Source: Dimorphilus gyrociliatus
Lineage: Eukaryota > Animalia > Annelida
DNA length: 64,000 nt
Direction: 5' to 3'
NCBI GenBank assembly: GCA_904063045.1
Contig: CAJFCJ010000022.1
Location: 496,001 to 560,000 of the forward strand
The notes under the pieces are model-generated. The model saw only the letters and a program-made list of their open reading frames with translations, did no database searches and was not told the origin of the DNA. The stretch's first letter is position 1. Each line of letters opens with the position of its first letter. Positions 24,401-38,400 of the stretch are shown in pieces. Both the position numbers and the translations under genes were made by a program.

Positions 24401-25947
24401 TTGATGTTTATTTTTTACAAGAGGTCGGAAGAGAAGGGAAAAAACCTTAAAGAGGAAAACCTATTTACTTGATAGAACATTATGGAGTGCTGTATCATTT
24501 TCAGCAAAGTTCAAGAGATCATAGTCGCAGAGAGATCTACACTTTTCAGTTTCCTCTTCTACTTCAGATAACGTTTCCTCGATCACATTAATAAGCTTCT
24601 TAAATTCCTCTTTTTGATATAAATCCAATATTTTATCCCACGACACCTGCAGCAGAAAAAAAATACAGCAAAATCAATCTTACAACTCTAATAATAAAGT
24701 CTAGGTAAACATTATGCTGGTTTACGCAACCTTATTCGATTATGGTTGGAATATCTTAAGGAAACGTAAAAATTCTTGCTAATTCTATTATAAAACGGTT
24801 CTTTCCCCTTCCATCATGGAAGAATGGTAAGAAGGAAAAGAAGAAATATAAGGCAGCATATAGAAACATATACATTAAAAATAAATCTTTACCTCCCTCC
24901 CTCCATCCGCCTTTTTCTACTTAAATCGCGTATGGAAAGATGAAATATAGGCCAAAACAATAAAGAGAAAAATATAATAGGAACGTGTAAATACAAAAAT
25001 AAGGGAAAATTTGAACATGTCACGTTTATTATCTGATTATTTTGGATGAGAAAATACTCTCTATTGGGTTATATATCTTCGGCGTCATACGATAAAAAGT
25101 ATACCAATAAATAAATAAATAACCGCAATATTTATCTCAAAAACATCAATCGCATCAATGTTGATTACACTAGGCCTATTTATATACAATAGACAAAATA
25201 TGCAATGTCTACTAGTCGTTACTAAGTTTAACAGTTATCTATTAAAGAGTGTAGGGCGTAAAGTTTAAATTTAATTAATTATTAATCGATTTGCAGTTGA
25301 TACACTCACCTCGTACGACTTTTCCAAATAATTAACAAACAAACTTTCGTCAAAGCCTTCTAAATCGCCAAATCGTTTAAGTTTATCGTTATTTAATTCT
25401 GGATTGCTTATATACAATGTATAAGCAGCATTTGCGGCAGCTTTTAAGTTACCGATCTAAAAAAAAACAGTCATTAAAGAACAATTTTACGCAATTATAT
25501 CACCTCAAAAGCAGCAGCTAGTAAGTATTCATACGGTTCGAGTAACTTGAAAGCTTTGTCTACTTCATAATTACTGGGCGTCTGTTTTAGACGCTTAGAT
25601 AAACAGCTTCTAATACAATGAGAATTTTCTATTAAATTCAAAATCAATTTGGATTCTTCAGTAGTTATATCTTGGTATGTTCCTCCTTTCTTACATAATT
25701 GAGAACAAGATACTTTAACCCTTCGAACGCTTTCGTATTCGTGTATTGAAGTTGACACGTAGTCGAATAAAGCCGGCCAATCTTTCTCTTCAAAAGCTAC
25801 TTTCGCTTTTAAATAATAATCAATGTAATTCTTATCACTATCTCGAAGCTCGGCTTCCTGTTGATCCCCTCCACAAGCATTAATTAAGCAAACTATAATA
25901 CTTATTATTGTAAATAGTTTAAAAGTTACGCATTGTGCAGCCGCCAT
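18489..25947 (-). CDS. P3H: Prolyl 3-hydroxylase (leprecan family), 852 aa, 15 exons, with a tandemly duplicated dioxygenase module
   Basis: Exons (minus) 25947-25504, 25456-25310, 24646-24469, 23730-23605, 22812-22682, 22248-22174, 22001-21840, 21780-21703, 21643-21493, 21396-21342, 21031-20665, 20597-20493, 19588-19435, 19366-19252, 18759-18489 total 2559 nt, all GT-AG and in frame. It has a signal peptide, four CxxxC motifs (CSQLC, CIRSC, CRSLC, CKVDC), YLQFAYYK, GDGY..TSPHT, YFDYTHLVCR, HPIHADNC, RDYSAILYLNGDFEGG, PQCGRLVGF and HGVLPVTKGRRCAVAMWFT. Confidence 0.97.
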
Positions 25948-26465
25948 ATTTGATTAAAGAAAGAGTTTCGCATTGAAAATCATTAATAATTTCTTAGCAA
26001 ACTAGTCTTTGGCTATTATTAACATATATTTAATGGTTTACCACTAAAAACAATTGAAAATAATCATTGATTCATTATCGTCTGGTATCCTGTCCACAAT
26101 TAGAAATTTTTTTCACGTAAACTGGTAACCAGGTAATATGCTCCACCTCGTGGCGGGAAATAAATAGTTAGAGGACGCAGTTGAAGAGAAACGGCAGTGT
26201 AGCACGGATCTATACATTACATATATATATATATATAGTTATATATATATGTAAATATTTTTTTATTATATATATACTTCTACATTATTCTCAATATATC
26301 TCTTCGTTCTCTCTCTCTCTCTCTCTCTCGCTCACTCACTCATTGAAAGTCAAGAAGCTTAACAAGAAACCTCTATTTTGTTAGATATCTTTTATTTTTT
26401 ATATATATAAAGGAGCATATAATTTTTTGCGGAAAGTTAAATAACGTGGAGAGCAGCATTCGAAG
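25948..26465. promoter_or_regulatory. Short divergent (head-to-head) promoter region shared by P3H and ephrin
   Basis: Only 518 nt separate the two ATGs. Contains an E2F-consensus TGGCGGGAAA (26151-26160) in a CpG patch, plus (TA)n and (CT)n tracts. Confidence 0.7.
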
Positions 26466-29400
26466 ATGTTATGGACTGAATTATTATCTGCAATGCTCAC
26501 TTTTTTTCTGTATATCGATACCGTTCAAAATCGTCAACTGGATTCGGTTTATTGGAACATGTCAAATCCTATGTGAGTATCTCATTTTCCTTAATTTTTT
26601 TCCGTCTTGAATATGATATGGTCCTGTAACGTTTTATATTTGAAAATGTCAATAAGTGCGAACCTGTAACACATTTTCCTCGCGGCATTAATATATTCCG
26701 TTTTAGGCTAAGACCATAGTGTAATTTGGTTAATTAGTCGCAAGACGTCGTCTTGGCCGAGACTTAGTTTTAATCGTTTGTCATGTCACGGTCGTCTTAC
26801 TTGTATTTTTCTTCCCCTTTCTATTGCTTCTTCTTCTTCTCGTAGTTCTTTCTCTATTTTTGGTTGACTAAACTCAAAGAGTAAAAACAAAGTAGAAAAG
26901 AAGAGAAGAAGAAAAAAAGGCTAAGATGTTTGCCGACTCGTTTGTCATATCGCTATGTCTTTGTTCACGCCTTGTGGTTGTTTTCTTTATTTAAAAAAAA
27001 GGTTACTTTGTATTAATTACACTGCTAGGTTTTCCATAGCTCGGACAAACAATAACTAGGATAAAAAAGTAAACATGGTTTTTATTCCTTTAAATACGTA
27101 AACATAAGGGAAAAACAGAATTATTTTTATAGTCTTGCAATTTTACTTCAAAAATTTGATTAAGACTGGAATAGCTAATTAGTTCAACTGACGGTTTAAT
27201 GACTGCTGTGGGTAGAAGAGTACATTTTCATCTGTTTAAGTGTTATTTTTTTCTCTCTATCCTTCTTTCTGCGTCCGTCTGTCTGACTGACCGTCTGTCT
27301 CTCTTACTGTCGCCTTGTATTCTTACTCTACACTTTGAATTGTGGGCGAGTCCAGAGGATTTCCTATTAGATTCAACATACGTATACATTTGTACATCAA
27401 CAGATATGTTATCTAATCAAACCATAACCACTTAATTAACTGTCATCTTTTATGGAAGATAAGAAAATTTGCGTATAACGATTGATAATGAGTCTGCTTA
27501 ACATCGTCATTCGCTCTTACAATAGTCGTTTGTCGTTTATCAACTCTTATCTCCTATTCTTAACAAAACAAAAGTCAGAAGAAGTTAAGACATGTTCCGG
27601 AAATTGTGGGCGTTTTCTTCTCTAAACGTTCCGTTTTTATTTAGATATAAAATGTGCAGGTAAAAAACTTTTTAAGAAAATATTTTTCAAACAACAAAGA
27701 GAATAAGATCGTAAAAAATCCTTAATGACACCGATAGCCTTTGTACTCATGCGAAAATTTACAAGTTGGAGCATAAAAGAAGCTTTTGTTGAAAGGGGCC
27801 GCTTAAACCGTTCTTTTAGGGGGGAGGGGAGGGGGTGAATAAAAGAGAGGGAGGGAGGGAGGAAGAATGAGCATAGAGGGGGGAGGGGGTTTCGAATTGA
27901 GAACATATACTGTATAAACTCAACTTTACAACTAGATCCTCCTTCTTACGTTTAGCTAATGGCGTTGAATTAAGTAATGAGAAATAAAATGTAAAGGGAA
28001 AAAAAACGTTAAAATTACTTCATCCCTTAGGGTATGATCTTGTTTTTTAAGATGAAGGGTAATTACCTAGTTTTTTCCCTGCTTAGTCAATTGGAATACT
28101 GAAATACTGTATGCAGTAGTATTTATTATGTTTAATTAGCTGGAATGACTGATATATAATGGGTCATTGTCTGTTTGACTGACATGGAGGAATATCCGAT
28201 TCTTGGTCCCAAAAGGATTGCCCATGCGGGCTTCATTGGCGAAACTCTTTGTTAAATTCGTATTAGTTTGGAAAGATTTCCTTTAATCTAGTCAACTTAC
28301 GAACTGATACAATGAAACGAGCTGAAAGAATGAAAGAATCTTATGAATAAAGGGATAGGGAAAAAAGTTACAGACTAGCTTTCTATATAAACATTAAAGA
28401 GTATGATAAATTACTTGCAGAAGAATCTGGATATTATCAGTTAAACAATTATCAGGTAATTTCATATTCCACCTTTGAAAGCCCAAAGGTGTTCGCCTGT
28501 CAAGGTCCTTTTGATAAAAGCTTACTGATTTAAAAACCTCTTTCCAGCTTCAAAAGGGATATAAGGCACATGCGTCCCAAAGGATTCGTTGAGCTGTTAG
28601 GTCTTTTAAGATATTCTATATATTCTACTGCATTTTGTATACTGAACGTGCTTCGTATAGCCTTTACATGACTAGATTAGCCGTTCAATACCTTGTTATG
28701 TAGCCGACACTCGTCGATTTGTCAATAATAATGCAACCTATCAGCATGGATTAGAACCCCTCCCATTATGTCATGCAATACTGTCCCTTGTGGGATTCAG
28801 TGTGAGTATCAATTGTTGAGTCCTACTCCATGCCTTTGTTAGGAAAAGGAAAGATGCGCTTGACGTTTAGAGGATCTCAACAAGGGGCGTAGTTTCTGCA
28901 CTTTCAATTAGTCCGTCAACATGTGTTGCGGGACGAAGATGAATCGCTAAAGATTTCGTTTATCTATCATTTAACATAAAGCAAACGGGCCATACTTTGC
29001 CTTTCCTTATACCGATTTGTTTACATTCAAACTCTGGCTAGTGTCATCCGCTTAAAACAATACAAAAAGAGTCCTTTTCTCTACCCCCCGCCTTTCTCTT
29101 TCATTGCCCCCCTCCTCTCTGTCCTACCTCACTTCGCATACCTGGATACGCGCCTGACGTCATTGTAACGACGCTAAGCGTTTTTCTGGCGTCTGTTCGT
29201 TAGGCAAGGATTTTTGCTTCTATCTAGGCCATCTAAAAAAGTACTCGACATGCATAGAGTTTGCTATAACGAAATCAACCAGCAAATTGACCGCTATTAT
29301 CTAGTTTGTACATTGATTATATTCGATATATGTAAATTAACATGTTTACAAAAAAGCGATGCGGAAAACTGGCTGCTTTGTAATTAGGAAAATTGAAGAG

Positions 29401-32400
29401 CTTTCTTTGAGATAAGCAGACCGTCGCTTGTATATGGAAAGCATTCGTGAAATTTTTCATTATATTTTCTCCCCTACTGCTCTAAACGCCTCTTCTACCG
29501 ACAGCTAATTAGCAATCTTTATTATCACCATTTTCATTCACTCCTTTTATCTGCCTCAACGTCTATGATGAAGACTTTAAATTAATTACATCTTATAAGC
29601 GTTACTGATTATACAATAATACTACACAATACCAGAGCAGACACTCCAAGCACATCCTCTAGACATCTGTTCAAGCGAAAAAAGGATTTTTACCAGCACT
29701 TTCCTTTGATGGCACTGATTATGTTTGAATTTTTTTCCTCCTCCTTTATTTTCTTTTGCATTAGTCGGAAAATCTGTTCTAATCGAATTTTTATTTTTTT
29801 CTTCTCTCTCTCTCTCGCACTCTGTCTCTCTCTCACTCCCTCTTAATACCTATCCACGTGTCTCTTCAGAACAATCTTTCAAGTGTAAACGTTCCTTCGA
29901 GGAGGAGTCTCTGAGCTCCGACTTAAATCCCTAAAGTGCACAATAATGTCCCTACTAGGATTTTGGTAAGCAACTATAATATTGCCCGAATCAGGTGTCC
30001 TGCTACTAACAGGATTCCTTACATCTTCTTTTGCTTCTTACCTTACTTTTACTTACTCAATTTTCATTTCTTTCATTTGCCAAGCTTGAACAAGCGGCGT
30101 GAGAAAATCACGTGATAAAGGGCACAATATCATGACGGTTCAAAGTAACCTGTTGTTTTCTTTATTTGGTTGGAATTTTTGAGGAAATGGGCCAACTTTG
30201 CTTGTGTAAACCGATTAGAAAGATGAAATATTTAAGGCGTTTGTAATGAATTTCTTTTGCCTTTGTTTAACCTTTATGAATGTTTTTCCAAATCACAATG
30301 GGGCATGCTAAGACACTTCAGAAAGCCGCTTCCGGGCGTCTGTTCATCTAGAAAAGCATTTTCCATCCCTATCTATCCCATCAGCAAACGCTCGGAATCG
30401 TGTTTATCACGGATTTTCATCAACCTCCGAATGAACTCTGCCCGACCGTGATGCGTCGAGCCGGAGGCGTCTAAGGGCTAATTAAAAGCATCGAACGGAA
30501 CCATTATCGATTCGAAAGCTATGTTCTAAATAATCTGACCAATTAATGATTGCGCAAGCAGGTGTGGCTTTGTTTACGGTTATGAGAAAAGAGACACGTG
30601 TTTGACATGAGAAAAGTATGCGATAGCCCAATATCGTGCAATGATTTTAATATTAAGCTCTCTTTCTCTCTTCCATTATAAAACATCCTATAAAGAGAAA
30701 CAATGGCCAAGTGGAAATTTATTTGCTTTGTTTCAACTCTGCCAGTGAACCATTCGACTCGAGTGCGGACCTAATCGCTCGATAAAAACGTCAGCCATCT
30801 GTGCGACGCTTAAAAAACCGCCTTTCTCCACCTACTCGTAAAAGCGGCCCGGTAAGGGCCACATCACGTGGTGCGGATTGAAATCGGATTAAAACCCCGA
30901 ATCGATATGTTTTATATGCTATGCGTCGTTTTGTATAGTTCTTTGTTTCAGCTGATGCGTTTAATTTCGTCTAAGTGGCTTTATTAGACGCCCAGAAAAT
31001 ATAGGGTTACATTAAATATGTGTGTAATTTGATACGGTCCGTCGAAATTGATTTCGTACGAATCGTTATGCAAGGCGTTCGTATAAAAAATTGTATTTTT
31101 AACTCTTTTAAGTTTCAACACATTTGCGAAAGTAGCATTTTTTTTCTCTTCAACTTCTGTCAGTTAGTCTCTGTCTGCTGTTCTATATTTACCGTGTTTG
31201 TATCAGTTTTTCCTCCTTTCTCCACCTCCCCTACTGTTCTTGGGTCAAAAAAGAAAAGAAAATTATCTGGTAGCGTCCGATATTCTTTAGGGTCGCAATC
31301 TTTCCCCTAGTCGTTTATTCAACGATAAAATTGCACCTTTATTTTGTTCTAAGTCAGGGCTGATTAATTTTCATGAATATTAATGAGAATGATCTATGAA
31401 GATCGGATTTGTAGTCTTTCGTTGTATTCGACCTTTTACTATTTCTATTGAACGATAAAATCTGTGTAAATTGGTAATTCTACAAAAATTTTTTCCTATT
31501 AAAGCCGTTTAGATAATAGGGTAGACACATAAAAAAAGAGCTTGACTTTATCTACCATGCTGACAGTATGGTAGGAGAATAAATGTATGGAGTGGGTAGG
31601 CAGCGCATAGACATAGGTTTCCTTCAGGGCTGTCTATTATGCAAGTATTGCGTTATGTACAATATTATATATATATATATATATTATTAGTTAGATAAAA
31701 AGAGTTTTGAATAATTCTCCTTTGTACTTTTTGTTTTTATTGCATAACGCATCGATAGTTCATTAGTTATTAAAATATTTTCTAGCTTATGCTTATCCAG
31801 TATAAACAAAGCTGTATATTGTAGAACATGTTCGCTAGAACACTATTGTTTAGGTTACTTCATTTCCAATATCGACGTTTACCAATACAAATATCGTAAG
31901 TGTAAACAAAAGCGTTAGTTTTCATAAATCAATGACAAGTATGTTTAATTCATTATAACTCGCTTATTACTTCCAATAAATGAATATATTTCTATTAACT
32001 TATAAGATTTTCTCTTAATGCGTTTCCTTCCTTCTCTCTTTCTATGAGTTTCTAATTAATTAGATTGATAAGACTTCTGGTTGCCAATCCTAAGGTTTTG
32101 ATTGTCAATATAACAGTTCTACCTGAGAAGGTGAGAGGAAAGAGACTTGCAGGGAGGGAGGAGTAGCAAAGAGAAAAGTATAGGGAAGAATGAACAAGCA
32201 TTGAATTTATTGTAATGATGCCAAGTAACTAGATGTTTAAACAACTTGACATTTTGTGTGTTTTTAAAGAGAAACTCTTCCCCCTACTGATATAATTATA
32301 GGCGACGAATGGTCAATTTTTAGCGCCTTTCCCTCAAACATGCCAAAAATTCGTATGACTCGTAGACGTTGGCGAAATATTTAATAAAGGAGATCGCATT

Positions 32401-35400
32401 CAGAATACAGATGTTTATACAAGGCTAGTTAATCTATTAAGAACGAAACGCCGTATCGTTTTTCACTATTGACCTTCTATTTACAGTCGATATTTGCCCA
32501 TGAGCTTCTCGAGTACGTCGGCCCACCCCAACTTCCGGTTTAGAAATTTACTCCATACATTCATCTAGTTTAATTAACTAGGCAATAAAAACGCCTGTCA
32601 CGAAAATAATTAGTAGGAACATCTCTTTTATATAGACTCATAACCGTTGTTCACTACGATCGTTTCATCCATCGAAAATGAAATTAGTCACGTGATAAAA
32701 ACCGGAAAGCTATACCCAAAAAACTTTAGTTGTCTAGATAATCAGTAATAAATCCATTCGAGTGCATGTATTTGTTTAATTTGAGTGATTTTTTATGATA
32801 TAGGTGAATTTTAAGCCAATGCTGACCTTTTAATAAACTTATTTTGCACCGAATGGCCAGAATTCGGCCCCATTACACTTTTTAAGTTATTCGTTTTATG
32901 CGATGCTTAGTTTAATAGACTGTAAAAAGGAGGAATGTTTATGAATATGAACAAGCGTATATATTAACTTTGCCACCTGTCGGTAGAGTCTTTTTACACC
33001 TTTGTTTTAATTATGCAAAACGATACAATACGTATCTTGGGTTAGTTATTCTACTATATTTTTCCCTTTAGCAGTTGTTTGTTTAACCCTTGCCGTTTTT
33101 TTTTCATGTTTGTAATAGGCTATTTAAAAAGGCTAGGCTTATCTTTTATCTGTTTTTCTATCCATCCGGCTCTAGTGTGTAAGGTGTTTGTTAGTCATTT
33201 TTCGTTTTCAACTTTTCGAACTCTCCATTTCCCTTGGGTCGAATGAAATTTTAAACATTGTTATATAATTAACAAAGACAATTATATTACATTCTAATCT
33301 GTGTGAGATCTAATGAATAAATAAGGTAGGTAGAGTTGAAAAGATGGGGGGGAAAAAGAAAGAAAACTAACTAGAAAAGTTACGAATTAACTCGAACATT
33401 TGACCTAGATAATGGTGGATTATCGCCTTAAGCCCCTTGACACGCGCCCTAACAGAAATAGTCAATAACTCGAAGCGGTAAAAAAACTCTCGAATTTCTC
33501 CTAATTAAAAATATAACACTGGAGGGCGAACTGCCAAAATCTGTTTTCCCTACCACTCGTCCATGTTGAATAAACTGAGAAAGAATGTTTGGGAAGAGTG
33601 TATGCTCAACACTCATTCTTATTTCATCTAGACGAAATCAAAAAAAAGGGGGAAGAAGGGAAAAAAACAGCTCGCTTGACTCTTTGAATAGGGTCCCTTT
33701 TTTAATTCAGACGTTTTTAAGTTATTACGTAATTGGGTGGAAGATTAAAGGCTAGTTTATGACTGTACGCCTTGTTGACTTTCGCCCTCTGTTTGTTTGT
33801 GCTGTTTACGACCGGGCGGCAGGCTTAAGAACTTTTATAGAGGCCTTTGATTGTGAAATCTAGCAGGCGTTTAGAACCTACATCTCGATTCCATTTTATT
33901 GCATTTTGATGTCTTTGTTTATAACTGACCAATTACCCTTTATGGCCATTGAAAAAAACGACTGGAGAACGTCAACAACTTTCCTCCTTTGGTTCGTTAT
34001 TTTAGCAACACAATAAATTATTCCAAGAGTAGAAGGCTGAAAAAGAAGAAAGAACTAGAATGACTATTCGATTATTAAGGAGTCTTATATTTTGTTTTTC
34101 TTTTAAAAGGCTGGTCAATACGTTAAGGTGATAATTTAACTCATGCGGTTTCAATTAGGCCAAGTACGCGAAAAACGGCGGCGAATTGCTGCTACAGAAA
34201 ATTTCTTATAAGCTTCTTTCAAATGGCCACCAAGAAAAATAATATTTAGCCTTAGAAAAACACAAAATGAATAGTTGTGGCGGCATTGTAGTAAATAATT
34301 ACAAAGGAGGAGAGAAAATGCTCTTTTAAAAAGAACTTAAAAAAATTGCCATGCATGCTTAAGCCCCCTCTCTTCTAAGTATGTACATATTTCGTAAAAT
34401 AATAATATAAAGGCCTATTATTCAAGCGTTATTTTACACATTCGTTGACACTGAAGAGATATTAATGGCAAAATTGGACCAGCTCAAATAGCCTACGGCA
34501 CAATCCTTTTTCTTATAGTCTTATAATCTGTTGTCTTCGTAATATTTCCATATGATTTTTAATTGGGTGGAAAGTCGACTCAATCGCAAAGATTCTTATC
34601 ATAATAAACATCATCTGCTTACTTTCAAAACCGTCGGACGAACAGAGATAAAATGAGGAGAGGAGGGGGTAGTTAGATGGAGTTAAACTATAAAAGGAGC
34701 CGAACCGGAACACTGCGTTTTTCTTATCCATTAACTCTGCGTTTTTATAAAGAAGGCGGCCAGATAAGAAACCAAACACTGGGTATTTCCTGCATAATGT
34801 ATACATAAGTATGTATAAAACATTAAGACCAGACCCTAGTAAGTTACGTCACACCTGTAGGCTACTCTTTCTCATACCATGCGTGTTTTTTGAAAAAACC
34901 TTAAATCGTTCCATCCAGATGGCCCCCCGACAACGATAGGAGCGTTATCAGTGCCCTTCTTTGTTTCTTGGCACGTTCGCAATTGTTTTTCTTATAAAAG
35001 ACATATTTTGTACAGTAAAGTTTTGTAGTAAATATTCGGCACACGTCTCTCCTTCACTGAATATAGACAAAGGCGAATTTGGTGAGAAAAATGGCCATCG
35101 GCAAAGTCTGGAAAATGCCGTAAGAAAATTCGTTTATTATATAAATCTGATTTCTTTGCTCGGTATTGCGTAATTGGATTGTTAAAAGAGGGGGGCGTCT
35201 AGCGCGTGGCGCGGCCGAGATAAAGGAATGACCCTTCAATTCAACAGGTGACGATCGTGTTTGGCTCAGTCCAGGTGTGCCCGATTATTGACGAGAGGCA
35301 GTTCTACTCTGGGTTCTATATGCTTTGTATACTTTATACCTTTCCCAATGTTAGTTCCTTTCAATCCCGGTACTCCTCTATGTTGAAAGAATCTCGTTAA

Positions 35401-38400
35401 CAAGACTACGCCAATCGATATTGCACGTAGTTGATTAAGCAGAGTATCCCGATGAATTCTTACCTAATCATTCTAACAAAGAAGTTGTAAAATTTAGTCA
35501 GGGCCTCAACAGTGACCGTGATCATGACCTATTGAACCGTGTTCATGTGCATCAAATAAAAAAGTAAATTGTACGAATGCGCTAATGTTTGGATATGCGT
35601 TGAATATCCATCTAGCACTGGTTCTTTTTTGTATTGCTAAGAAGGAAAGGAGTCGTTGTTTAATTTAGAGATACTGTTAGTTCCCTTTTTTCCTTTTCGG
35701 AAGAGGGGATGGACGTAATTTGTAATATCAATTTACACAATTTCTTGCCTTAATGCGAACAAATGCAAGAAGGCTAAAGTTTCTTTAGAAGTCAATGTCC
35801 ATCAAGATTTCTAAACACCCCTGACGTGACTTAATTTTCAAGTGGATAAAGACTGTCTATCGCATTGCGCTACGTAGAAAAAATAAAACTACTGTTTATC
35901 TGGGATTTTTTTTTGCAGTTGAACTATCCACCCTTAGAGAATTACGCTATAAGGAGAAATCTGTAAATACAATTTGTATATATATAGATACATACAGTAT
36001 ATATATATATATATATAATAGATTCTTAATTAAGAGGTTATTCGGTACATTTTCTTTAATGATTTAGGCTTTTGTAATCGTTGATGTAAAATTATATGTC
36101 TTCAAACAAAGTCAAAGTGATAATTGACAGTTGGAAAGCGTCGAGTCAAGTTATGCCCTCTTTCCTGTATAATTTTCAATGTAATTAAAGGAAAAATTGA
36201 ATTTGGTCAACTCTCCTGAGATTAAAAGTAGACCGACACCTGTCCTCCCAACAACCCTCAATCACTATTGGTTCTCTTTCTCTCCTTCTCCTGCTCTCTC
36301 TTTAACGTAAAATCGTTGATTCGCAACCCTGACCCAATATTCAATTATGATCGCGACCCAGCTGACCCTTGTCTAAATCCACCATACGGCTATGCGTCCT
36401 TGGGGCGTCGATGAACCGTAATACTGTTGACTCTTCCATTCATAGATTTTTGGATTAAAAAGCTAAGCATTTCGATATGGATGGAAACTGGAAGATATTT
36501 TTATTATCACGCTGACCCTGCCTGACCCAGATATAAATCCTCGCCAAACTATATTAGTTACTAGCCCGCAGCTCTTTCTCTGAGAGTAGAAAAGTCGAGG
36601 GCTTCGAAAAGAGAAGAGAGAGAGGGTTAAGAAAGTCAATTGATAGGCTTTATCCTGGGGAAAATATGTAAGAGTACGCGTAAAGAAGCACTGTATATAG
36701 ATATGCATCTTCTCTGCTTTAGAAATATAAAATGTTAATAAGGGAAATTATCACAAGAATTGCAGATGGCAAAGTGCGTAAGCAGGTGTTTATTGGTTAG
36801 ATGGACAGGGAGAAAAAGAGAAAGAGGGAAGGGGGAGGAGGGGTGAAAGGAGGAGGATGAGGAGGAAGAAGAGGAGCGGGACACAGAAAGAGCGAGAGAA
36901 AGAGCGAAAGAAAGACAAAAAAATGAGTTAATGACTTGGAATGTATATGGTAAATGTCGCAGTGTGTGCTAAAAGTTTTTTTTATGATGAAACAAGCTGA
37001 TTTATGGTTTCTGAGTATAATAGTTTTGACATTTTAATAGTTGTATCGCTTACTCAAGGCTTTTTGTTCAGCGTATAAAGGTGTTAAAAAAAACGGTTGT
37101 TAAGCTAAAATGTACGAGCTAATGTGACAACCCTGACTAGTTTTTAATAGTTGAATTACTAAGATCCTTTTGACCCTGCCTAAATCCGTAGTAAGGCTAC
37201 GTGCATCCTGCGGGCGTCGCCCAACCGTAATATAGTTGACGCCGTTAACGAGCAGTCTCCCTTTGTGGCTATACTTCCTCTCGTGGTGCTTTCGTTTGTG
37301 TTCTTTTTTTTTTCTCACCAGTATTACATTGTGTAGAGTACGTATACTTGACGGTATGTGACGTATGTCGAACAGTAGAGAGCCTTTAATCAATTTTTCC
37401 CTTTTATCTATCGAATAACCGGATTCTTATCTTACTTATCATTATCAATCGACGGTAAACCGATCTTGCATTGTGGCGATTGTCGGCAACTGTTTCTGCA
37501 CGACTAGAACGTGATCTAATTGGCGTCTTAGAAATGGTTGAATGAACAACGCCGAGTTGGGCTTGTGTGAAATTCCTTTTGTTACAGGCATTCGACGCCT
37601 TGTTGAATTTTTATTCGGATGTAAAAACTTCAAAAAAGCCGCCTTTATGTCGTGTTCCGAACGATTTAATCCCTGAACAGATGTCACTGTTGGGGTGTGT
37701 TTGCTTCTATCTTTATTAATAATCTCTAGGGTAGTATGATTGCTACACGGATGAAAGAATACCGATATTTAGGGATTTGTTAGTGGTAATTAATTTTAGA
37801 TTTGTTGTCTTGCGCTCGTTGACCTTAATTGGGTCCATTCGCTGCCCAAATATGGAAGGGAAGGAATGAAAAAAAGGGAAAACAGAGGCGGAAATTAGAA
37901 GTTGTAAAGCTTTACAAAAAAAATAAATAATCCAACATTTCTCGTACGAAAATTGATATCTAAAAAAATTACCAATTAATCTAATTCCGCCCAATTTTTA
38001 AAGTGGGAAGGAAACCTAGTACAGGAAATAGACACCCAATCGTTCATGCGCTCAAATTACCATCTGAAAAAATGGCGGAACAAAAGAAAGGCGTGACGTC
38101 ACGCGACAAATTTCGTCTAGAAAATAATCGAATGCCCGCTAACCATATGCCGCCTCGCCCTTTTTTTATACTTTATTTAATAAACATATATATTTTATAT
38201 AAGTTGCGTATAAAATATTAAGAAAAAGAAGGGAATAGGCTGAGATGGAAGTGTACAAAAGAGACAGAGAGAGAGAAGGCAAATCATTCTCAATATTTCT
38301 CATCCTAGATTTATTTATACCTTTTACATTCCAAAGAGACCTTTTTGCCAGATTTTTCCTTTTTTATCATTATCAAAAAGTTATCTAATTTCACCCTGAC

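Noticed and set aside
28312-28532. Stop-interrupted reading frame MKRAERMKESYE*RDREK... in the ephrin intron
   Set aside because: Short, with no recognisable domain or transposase motif; not enough to call a pseudogene.
31020-37994. Several 60-97 aa ORFs in ephrin intron 1 (e.g. 31020, 34513, 37100, 37445) as nested genes
   Set aside because: No recognisable motifs and no consistent splice framework on either strand.
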